From: an uncultured Candidatus Saccharibacteria bacterium
GTDB taxonomy: Bacteria; Patescibacteriota; Saccharimonadia; Saccharimonadales; Saccharimonadaceae
NCBI GenBank assembly: GCA_938045235.1
Contig: CALIMZ010000010.1
Location: 2,060-66,059, forward strand
Direction: 5' to 3'
DNA: 64,000 bases
Shown here: one piece after another, positions 57,127-64,000 of the stretch
How positions within the stretch are numbered: the first letter of the stretch is position 1
Layout of the letters: each line of letters opens with the position of its first letter
Position numbers and translations under genes: made by a program
Notes under the pieces: model-generated
Told to the model about the DNA's origin: nothing
Seen by the model: only the letters and a program-made list of their open reading frames with translations
Databases searched by the model: none

Positions 57127-58353
57127 TTAGTACTGCATACTTTTTGTGCTTGGGCTTTTCGTAAGAATAAGGATTTCACGGGCGACGACTTGGTTCTCGC
57201 GGTAGTACAAGAGTTGCTCGGGGCGAATGTGATGCAAGGGAACGCGTTGATACCTGAAATCTGCGAGATGCTTGATAAGCGGCAGATGAGTGAAATGACC
57301 ATCACGATCGCGCCAGGCGGGCACGGCGAGGACAAGCGGCGTCGCATCGCTGAGCTGTGAATGAATATTACGTAAAAATGCGGTGATGATATGGTTGCAA
57401 TTGCCGGCGACTTCGCGCAGCTTTTCGGGGCGAGGTGGCGCAGAGAACGGCTGCCCTAGGTAGGTCTCGCAGACGACGGCGTTGATAGCGCGCGGCAGTT
57501 TCCACTGAAAAGTGGTAGCGTCTGCTTGCTGCAGGGCAATAACTTCGCCCGTTGTCCGGAATTTTTGGCGCAGCCATGCTAGATTTTCAGTCGTGTAATC
57601 AATCATTTTTTGGCTTAGATCTGTGCCGATAATAGAATAGCCGTCAAGGAGCGCCTCTTGCGATACGGTACCCGTACCGCAGAAGGGGTCGAGAATGCAG
57701 AGTCTAGATGTGCTTTCTGCTGCTGAATCATTGAATTTTCCAGGTAGCCCTGTGAAATTTACCATCATCCGCGCTAGCTTTGGCGGCAGCATACCGACAA
57801 ATGCATCGGTACGCGGTCGTGCTTGGTCGCGGGCGGCAAGGGTGGAAATATTCTGCGCGCCGATGCTTTCCGCGATGATGACGCGTCCAGATGCGTTGCG
57901 CACGATGAGCAGCTCAATTTTATGCGGCGACAAGCCAAGCTTGTTGTGGTGCGACGCGGCGGTGTTAAGGGCTGGCTCGGTGTTCGGAATGAGCCGCAGG
58001 CTAACGCCACGTTGCTGCAGCTGTTTTTTTAACAGAAGTCCGGTTTTCTGTACGTCGCGCGGTGGAATATGAAAACCGTACGCGCTTATGCCAAGTGTTA
58101 TTTTGCGTGTTGTGCTGCGCCACTGTTTAGCGTAGCGGTCTACGACTATGCGGCTTATCATCTGCCAATTACCATTCGTTTGTAGGATAATGCGTCCGGC
58201 TTTCAGACTGCCGCCCAAACGATTAAAATCAAACGCATCTGATTCTATAAGCATTGCGCGATCGGAAAACCAGCGCGTACGATCGCCGCCATACAAACGT
58301 TCTAGTTCGGTAGCGCCGAGTGCTGGCTGGCGGCCTAATATCGCGATAAACAT
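57127..58353 (-). CDS. SAM-dependent methyltransferase, Trm11-like (putative RNA methylase)
   Basis: GMLPPKLARMMVN, LDPFCGTGT, DAT, ETYLG. Confidence 0.75.
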   Translation of the reverse strand: MFIAILGRQPALGATELERLYGGDRTRWFSDRAMLIESDAFDFNRLGGSLKAGRIILQTNGNWQMISRIVVDRYAKQWRSTTRKITLGISAYGFHIPPRDVQKTGLLLKKQLQQRGVSLRLIPNTEPALNTAASHHNKLGLSPHKIELLIVRNASGRVIIAESIGAQNISTLAARDQARPRTDAFVGMLPPKLARMMVNFTGLPGKFNDSAAESTSRLCILDPFCGTGTVSQEALLDGYSIIGTDLSQKMIDYTTENLAWLRQKFRTTGEVIALQQADATTFQWKLPRAINAVVCETYLGQPFSAPPRPEKLREVAGNCNHIITAFLRNIHSQLSDATPLVLAVPAWRDRDGHFTHLPLIKHLADFRYQRVPLHHIRPEQLLYYRENQVVAREILILTKSPSTKSMQY

Positions 58354-58403
58354 AGTGTTATTATACACCGTGCACCGAATAGCTCGTGGTATAATGATGA
58401 ACG

Positions 58404-59480
58404 ATGACGTCGAAAAAAACCGTAGGGGCAATGAGGTCGCCGCGTGCTATCTTGAGCATTGTGACAGTGGCGGTTTTAGGCATAATTGTCTATGCGTCTC
58501 GCCACGAGCTGCAAAAGGCCTGGGAGCTATTTGGGCAGGCGGATGTGCTGCTGCTATTATTGCTTGTGCCGTTTCAAATCGTGGTGTATTTTTCGGGCGG
58601 CGAGATGATCTTTTCGTATTTGCGCGATAAGCGGGATATTCACCATGTGTCGCGGTTTGAGCAAACACGGATTTCACTTGAGCTTAATCTTGTCAATCAC
58701 ATTTTTCCGTCGGGCGGCGTGAGCGGTATCTCGTACGCGACATGGCGCATGCACAAATTAGGCGTTAGCACGTCTCGTTCGACATTCGCGCAGGTCGTGC
58801 GCTATGTAACGGGGTTTTTGGCGTTGGTTTGCTTGCTGGTTTTGTCGGTGGTATTCCTAGCGTTTGACGGCCATGTGAACCGCTACATTGTGGCGTCGAG
58901 TTTCGTGCTCGTGCTGGTCGTTGTGGCTTTAACATTTGGAATTGTGTATGTTTTTTCATCGAAGCCTCGTATGCGGGCGACAGCAGCGAATATAACACGC
59001 TGCGTAAATCGTACCGTGCGGCTCGCGACGCTTGGTAAAAAACGGAAATTGCTAAGGCTTGAGCATGTTGAGCAGTTTTTTGCCGAAATGCAAAGTGATT
59101 TTCAGGATATGTGGAATCGCCCGCGGTTACTCGCAAAGCCGTTTTTGTGGGGTATTGTCTATACTGTTTTCGATGCGGGCATGTTCTTTCTGGCGTTTTT
59201 GGCGCTGGGCACGCCGATTAATCCGGCGATCTTGATGGTTGGATACGGCGTAGCATCGCTCGCGAGCGTCGTTGCGTTTACGCCAGGCGGCGCAGGCGTG
59301 TATGAACTGATTATGATTTTTTTCTTAAGCATGGCGGGTGTGCGCTCAGATGCGGCGATCGCAGGCATTGTGCTGACGCGCGTTATTTTGCTAGCGGGAA
59401 CGATTCTGTTTGGGTATATATTCTACCAGCATGCACTTATCAAATACGGGAAACCGCATGACGCCGCGATTCAGCGTTAG
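58404..59480 (+). CDS. Lysylphosphatidylglycerol-synthase TM-domain (YbhN-like flippase) protein
   Basis: Multi-TM; N..FPSGGVSG, TPGGAGVYE, LTR. Confidence 0.82.
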   Translation: MTSKKTVGAMRSPRAILSIVTVAVLGIIVYASRHELQKAWELFGQADVLLLLLLVPFQIVVYFSGGEMIFSYLRDKRDIHHVSRFEQTRISLELNLVNHIFPSGGVSGISYATWRMHKLGVSTSRSTFAQVVRYVTGFLALVCLLVLSVVFLAFDGHVNRYIVASSFVLVLVVVALTFGIVYVFSSKPRMRATAANITRCVNRTVRLATLGKKRKLLRLEHVEQFFAEMQSDFQDMWNRPRLLAKPFLWGIVYTVFDAGMFFLAFLALGTPINPAILMVGYGVASLASVVAFTPGGAGVYELIMIFFLSMAGVRSDAAIAGIVLTRVILLAGTILFGYIFYQHALIKYGKPHDAAIQR

Positions 59481-60549
59481 CGATTTTTTAGCAGTCGTCA
59501 ACCAGTCGCTTGAGGCGGCGTTTAGCGCTGTTGAGGTAGAAGGTGAAGTCGCGAGCTTCAAGGTAAATCAAAACAAATGGGTATTTTTCGATTTGAAGGA
59601 TGAGAACGGCAGCGTGAGTTGTTTTATGTCGGTGTACGGTTTGCGCGCGCCAATAGCGGACGGTATGAAGCTGATAGTACGCGCCGCGCCGAAAGTGACG
59701 GCGTGGGGAAAATTTAGCGTGACCGTGCAGTCGTATCGCCCGAGCGGCGAGGGTAGTTTGCATAAAGGATTTGAACTGCTGCGCGCAAAGCTTGATAAAG
59801 AGGGGCTGTTTACGCCGGAGCGTAAGCGCGTATTGCCGGCTATTCCGGCGCATATTGGCGTGATCTCAAGTATGCAGGCGGCTGGCTACGCGGATTTTAT
59901 CACAATTTTAAACGAGCGTTGGGGCGGCATGCGGGTTGATGTCGCACATGTGCAAGTGCAAGGCGAAGCGGCAGCCGACCAAATTATCGCGGCGATTCGT
60001 TATTTTAACGAGTCGGAGCATCCGCCCGAAGTACTTGCGATTTTGCGCGGCGGCGGAAGCGCCGACGACTTAAGCGCGTTTAACGACGAGCTGCTTGTAC
60101 GTGCGATTGCATCAAGTCGAATCCCGACGCTGGTCGGCGTGGGGCACGAAGTTGACACAACGCTCGCTGATCTAGCAGCTGATGTGCGCGCCGCCACGCC
60201 AAGCAACGCAGCACAAATTATCGTGCCGGATAAACGCGAGTTCATTGCGGCGGGGAATCGCCATCTATCGCAGATTATTACGCGGCTTGACGTCAATATT
60301 GACGCGGCGCAGCAGGAAACAGGGCGCCTGCTAACGCGCAGCCTTGAAGCGGCTGAACAGAGAATTGACATGTCGTTGAATCAGACTGAACAACAGCGCC
60401 GCATGCTTGCTGCCTACGATCCGCAAGCGGTGTTGGCACGCGGTTATGCGATTGTACGCGGCGCGGCGCGTATCGGCAGCGAAATTACGATTCAGCAGAG
60501 TAAACAAACGATAACAGCGGAGGTGACGCATGTCGCAGCAAACGAATAA
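59458..60549 (+). CDS. xseA: Exodeoxyribonuclease VII large subunit
   Basis: VEGEV, FFDLKD, VQG..A, RGGGS.DDL..FN.E, GVGHEVD, RAATPS.AA, LARGYA. Confidence 0.95.
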   Translation: MTPRFSVSDFLAVVNQSLEAAFSAVEVEGEVASFKVNQNKWVFFDLKDENGSVSCFMSVYGLRAPIADGMKLIVRAAPKVTAWGKFSVTVQSYRPSGEGSLHKGFELLRAKLDKEGLFTPERKRVLPAIPAHIGVISSMQAAGYADFITILNERWGGMRVDVAHVQVQGEAAADQIIAAIRYFNESEHPPEVLAILRGGGSADDLSAFNDELLVRAIASSRIPTLVGVGHEVDTTLADLAADVRAATPSNAAQIIVPDKREFIAAGNRHLSQIITRLDVNIDAAQQETGRLLTRSLEAAEQRIDMSLNQTEQQRRMLAAYDPQAVLARGYAIVRGAARIGSEITIQQSKQTITAEVTHVAANE

Positions 60550-60736
60550 ATCGGTATCAGAAAAAATGGCGCAGCTTGGCGAATTGGTCGCGTGGTTTGA
60601 AAGTGATGAGTTCGCGCTTGAAGACGCGATTAAGAAATTCCGCGAAGCAGAAGAATTGGCGAAATCAATTGAAAACGACCTAAAAAACATCAAAAATGAT
60701 ATAAATGTTATCAAAAAGCGGTTCGACGAGGTATAA
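60530..60736 (+). CDS. xseB: Exodeoxyribonuclease VII small subunit
   Basis: 68 aa overlapping xseA; L.ELV..FES....LEDAI..F..A..L. Confidence 0.85.
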   Translation: MSQQTNKSVSEKMAQLGELVAWFESDEFALEDAIKKFREAEELAKSIENDLKNIKNDINVIKKRFDEV

Positions 60737-60743
60737 GCGCGTC

Positions 60744-61256
60744 GTGTCGTGGCTACTCTTTGCAGTTCTTGCTATTGTTATCCTGGTTGGGTTTAGCGCG
60801 TTTACAGGAGCGCCGTACGTGCCGTCGCACCGGCGTGATGTCGCGCGGGCGTTTCGCGAATTGTATCCGTTAAGCGCCGGTGACGTTTTAGTCGATATTG
60901 GTTCGGGCGATGGTGTTGTATTGCGCCAGGCGAGCAAGTGCGGCGCGCGGGCGGTTGGTTACGAAATTCATCCGCTGCTCGTTTTACTCTCGCGGTGGTT
61001 GTCGCGCGGTGATACCCGCGTGACAGTGCGCTTTGCAAATTTCTGGCGTGTTGATTTGCCGAATGACACGACCGCTGTATATGTGTTTGGCGATAACCGC
61101 GATATGTCGCGCATGGTGCAGTATGTTGAGGCGCAAGCGGCGAAAATCGGTCGTCCATTACACCTCATTAGCTATGGATTTCAGGCGAATGGCTATAAGG
61201 CGGCGAAATCAGTCGGTGCGCATCATTTATATATCGTTAACCCTTTGCATAAATAG
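60744..61256 (+). CDS. Small membrane-anchored class I SAM methyltransferase
   Basis: TM then GAPYVPS, DIGSGDG, GYEI; GTG start uncertain. Confidence 0.8.
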   Translation: MSWLLFAVLAIVILVGFSAFTGAPYVPSHRRDVARAFRELYPLSAGDVLVDIGSGDGVVLRQASKCGARAVGYEIHPLLVLLSRWLSRGDTRVTVRFANFWRVDLPNDTTAVYVFGDNRDMSRMVQYVEAQAAKIGRPLHLISYGFQANGYKAAKSVGAHHLYIVNPLHK

Positions 61257-61280
61257 CCGCAACCACGTATAATCATAACC

Positions 61281-61943
61281 ATGAAGACACGACGAAACAG
61301 TGAAAAAGGAGCAATCAAGGGTAGTATTGTTGCTATCGTGGTGCTGGTGATTTTAGTAATCGGGTTTGGCGCGTTTAGCGTGTGGGCATATTTGCAGTAT
61401 ATGGATCAGAAAAAAGACGTTGATGGCAAGATTGATGTCGCAACCGCTGAAGCAGTCAAGAAGAATAGCGAGGAAATGCAGGCGAAGTTTGAGGCGGCGG
61501 AGAAAGAGCCGAAGCGCCAATTTGCCGGGCCGTCTGACTATGGCAGCTTAACATTTGACTATCCAAAAACCTGGAGTGCATACCAAGCAACCGACATCAG
61601 TAAGGGGGGCGGTGTGACGTATGAGGCGTACCTGAATCCAGTACTTGTACCGCCGATCACGCAGACGTCGAAATTTGCGCTGCGTATTACAATTGAGCAG
61701 AAAACATATGATCAATCGGTGGCGCAATACGATCCATACGTTAAGCGCGGCGATTTGAAATCAAGCGCGTATAGCGACGGTAAGCGCACGGGCGTGAAGC
61801 TCGTCGGTAACTTTACAAAAGATATTTATGGTACGGCAATTCTGCTGAAAATGCGCGACCGCACCTTGACGATTCGCACTGACGGCGATGTATTTACCGA
61901 AGACTACGAAGCACTTCTTAAGACAGTGAAGTTCAACGAATAA
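61281..61943 (+). CDS. Single-pass membrane protein with extracytoplasmic domain
   Basis: Basic leader ending EKG, hydrophobic helix, coiled segment, FDYPKTW. Confidence 0.65.
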   Translation: MKTRRNSEKGAIKGSIVAIVVLVILVIGFGAFSVWAYLQYMDQKKDVDGKIDVATAEAVKKNSEEMQAKFEAAEKEPKRQFAGPSDYGSLTFDYPKTWSAYQATDISKGGGVTYEAYLNPVLVPPITQTSKFALRITIEQKTYDQSVAQYDPYVKRGDLKSSAYSDGKRTGVKLVGNFTKDIYGTAILLKMRDRTLTIRTDGDVFTEDYEALLKTVKFNE

Positions 61944-61998
61944 ACAAATGCGCTTACGCTAGAGCTGATGCTTACCCGCGTGCTACACTAGAAGTACG

Positions 61999-62712
61999 AT
62001 GCAGGAGGGTAGACCGCAAGAGCCGTTTCGGCTGCCTCTAGTGGCAGCAGCGGCGCATGAGTTGAAGGCGCCGCTAGCACTTGTGCGGCAGCTATCGTTA
62101 GCACTTGAGGCGGGCGGTTATACTGATACGGAGCGGGCGGTTTTGCAGCGGCGCATTACGTTGACAACTGAGCGTGCCTTGCGGCTAACAACAGATTTAA
62201 CGCGTGCTGAACGGCTTGACGACGGACTGTTTAAAGTCGAGCCGCTTAATCCGATTGTGCTATGCGAAGAGGTGGCGGATGAATTATCGCCGCTCTATAC
62301 AGCGCACAACCGAACGATCGGCGTAAAATCACGTAGGCGGCAGTTGTTGGGACTTGCAAACCGCGAGCTGTTGCGGCGTATTCTGCTTAATTTTACCGAT
62401 AACGCGCTTCATTATAGTTTGCGTGATGCACCGGTGTATATTTCGGCGCAGCAGCGCCAGCGCGGTGCTGTGATCCGGCTCGGCGTGCGCGACTATGGAC
62501 CGGCAGTACCGGCGAACGTATGGCAGCGACTGATGCAGAATTTAGGCCAACCGCAGCCGCTGCACAACCGTCCGGCAAGCAGCGGACTTGGTATAGTAGT
62601 GGCGCATGAATTTGCAGCAGCGATGGGGGCGTCAATTGGCGCGGTACGCCATCGCGATGGCGCGACATTTTACGTTGATATCATGACGTCGACACAGCTG
62701 AGGTTGCTATGA
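61999..62712 (+). CDS. Histidine kinase without sensor or TM domain
   Basis: H-box AHELKAPL, N-box NFTDNALHYS, DYGPAV, SGLG. Confidence 0.85.
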   Translation: MQEGRPQEPFRLPLVAAAAHELKAPLALVRQLSLALEAGGYTDTERAVLQRRITLTTERALRLTTDLTRAERLDDGLFKVEPLNPIVLCEEVADELSPLYTAHNRTIGVKSRRRQLLGLANRELLRRILLNFTDNALHYSLRDAPVYISAQQRQRGAVIRLGVRDYGPAVPANVWQRLMQNLGQPQPLHNRPASSGLGIVVAHEFAAAMGASIGAVRHRDGATFYVDIMTSTQLRLL

Positions 62713-63074
62713 AACATATACTAATTATTGACGACGATCGGTGGTTTGCTGAGCTGTTGGCGAAACAGCTGCGGGGCATAAACGTTGATGTGCAAATCGC
62801 GGCGCATGCGCTTGAGGCGATGGCGGCAATTGATGAAGGTCCGCCTGCTGCTATCATCCTTGATATTTTTATGCCCGGTCCGAATGGGTTTGTGCTGTTG
62901 CAAGAATTGCAGTCGCATAGCGATTTAGCACAAATTCCGGTGATTATTTGTACAGTAAGCACAAGCGAGCTGCGGATTGAGGACGCGGCGGCATACGGAG
63001 TGCGCCAGATTCTCGATAAATCGACGATGACGCCGCAGTCGGCTGTTGCGGCAATGCGAAAGGTATTAGTATGA
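62709..63074 (+). CDS. Single-domain response regulator
   Basis: ILIIDDD, ILDIFMPGPNG, IICT, LDK; ATGA overlaps at both ends. Confidence 0.88.
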   Translation: MKHILIIDDDRWFAELLAKQLRGINVDVQIAAHALEAMAAIDEGPPAAIILDIFMPGPNGFVLLQELQSHSDLAQIPVIICTVSTSELRIEDAAAYGVRQILDKSTMTPQSAVAAMRKVLV

Positions 63075-63745
63075 GCGCGGAGCGAACGCAGGCGATTGTG
63101 TTGCGGCGTACAAACTTCGGTGAAGCGGATCGGATCTTGACGCTGTTGACACCGCTTGGGCAGCGAGGCGCGATGGCGCGCGGTGTTCGACGCGAGAAAA
63201 GTAAGTTGGCGGGCGGCATTGAACTATTTGGCGTGAGCGATGTTGTACTGCAGCAGGGGAAGGGTGATCTCGCAACATTAACATCAGCACGCCTTATTCA
63301 TTTTTATCGGAATATCCTGGCGGATTATGATCGGCTGCAATTTGGCTATGAGGTAGTTAAATATGTTGAGCGGGCGAGTCGCGATGTTAACGAGCCGGAG
63401 TGGTTCGACGTTGTACAATCGGTCTTTGTGGGGCTTGACACGATGTCGGTGCAGCTGCAGTTGACGCAAGTATGGTTCTACATTCATTATGCGAGCTTGA
63501 CGGGGTACGATTTAAGTTTTTCGCGCGACATAACAGGCGTGCCGCTCAATCCAGAGCGCACCTATATGTATGATATTAGCGAACGCGGGCTGCGGCCGAG
63601 TGCGCAGGGCGATATCTCGGCTGATCATATTAAATTTTTACGCTTAGTGGCAAACAAGCCGCTATCGGCTGTGGCGCAAATTGGCGGTGTGGAACGAATT
63701 TTACCAGACTGCTGGCTGCTAGCGCGGCAGCATGCTGGCGTGTAG
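63071..63745 (+). CDS. recO: DNA repair protein RecO
   Basis: AIVLRRTNFGEADRILTLLT...G...A.ARGVR..KSK. Confidence 0.94.
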   Translation: MSAERTQAIVLRRTNFGEADRILTLLTPLGQRGAMARGVRREKSKLAGGIELFGVSDVVLQQGKGDLATLTSARLIHFYRNILADYDRLQFGYEVVKYVERASRDVNEPEWFDVVQSVFVGLDTMSVQLQLTQVWFYIHYASLTGYDLSFSRDITGVPLNPERTYMYDISERGLRPSAQGDISADHIKFLRLVANKPLSAVAQIGGVERILPDCWLLARQHAGV

Positions 63746-63780
63746 CTGCTCGCTGAGCCGTGGTATAATTAGCGGTAGTT

Positions 63781-64000
63781 ATGGGAAAGCAGATCAAGAA
63801 CGAGAAGATGGAAACTTTAGTAAGCTTGTGTAAACGCCGTGGTTTTATTTACCAGGGCTCGGATGTTTATGGCGGCTTGAGCGGCACATGGGATTACGGT
63901 CCGCTGGGCGTAGCGCTGAAGCGGAATATTATGCAGTTGTGGTGGCGGCACTTTGTCGATGAGCGCGATGACATGTACGGTGTCGATGCGGCAATTTTGA
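63781..64000 (+). CDS. glyQS: Glycine--tRNA ligase (alpha2 type), N-terminal part (3' truncated by window)
   Basis: [35 protein letters not shown]. Confidence 0.93.
   Translation, partial: MGKQIKNEKMETLVSLCKRRGFIYQGSDVYGGLSGTWDYGPLGVALKRNIMQLWWRHFVDERDDMYGVDAAIL

Noticed and set aside
1..64000. Alternative genetic code (TGA read as Gly, code 25) seen in some CPR lineages
   Set aside because: TGA ends several clear genes (nrdR, ileS, rseP, lysS, pyrD), and conserved proteins are full length under code 11.
1..64000. CRISPR array, tRNA/rRNA genes, IS elements, integrase or prophage
   Set aside because: No regularly spaced repeats, cloverleaf-like segments or mobility-gene motifs were seen by eye; a tRNAscan or Infernal run was not possible.
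1..64000. Numerous antisense and alternate-frame ORFs in the ORF track (e.g. 25593-26384 -, 9616-10188 -, 39072-39587 +)
   Set aside because: They overlap well-supported genes and lack motifs or initiation signals; they are expected shadow ORFs.

Overview
A 64-kb core-genome segment from a small-genome bacterium. Gene content and order point to Saccharibacteria (TM7, Patescibacteria/CPR); this is inferred, not confirmed by search. It uses standard code 11 (TGA is a stop). Most genes are housekeeping: ftsZ end, nrdR, ileS, rplU, parAB, lepB, prfA/prmC, ung, rpmE, rpsB-tsf-frr-uppS-rseP, proS, greA, lysS, serS, pyrD, hpf-secA, murD, prfB, ftsEX-CHAP hydrolase-ctpA, rpmA, xseAB, recO and the start of glyQS. 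Envelope genes include an LCP protein, HtrA and DUF2207/PadR/PspC/uppP. I saw no rRNA, tRNA, CRISPR array, transposase or integrase. Main observations: (1) at least 14 genes have a -10 box only 6-8 nt before the ATG, suggesting leaderless mRNAs; (2) ileS has a T-box riboswitch resembling the short-stem-I actinobacterial ileS type; (3) a decaying nucleotide-housekeeping array follows lysS (Maf, NUDIX, a divergent NDK-like gene broken by one TAA, ITPase, and gene remnants); (4) structural Cys-Zn motifs are absent or eroded in NrdR, RecO, SecA, L31, ProRS and IleRS; (5) orphan acidic or low-complexity genes are inserted singly into conserved operons, one with a possible ADP-ribosyltransferase-like motif; (6) a sensor-less histidine kinase and single-domain receiver overlap recO. 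Family calls come from motif recognition by eye; no database search was run.
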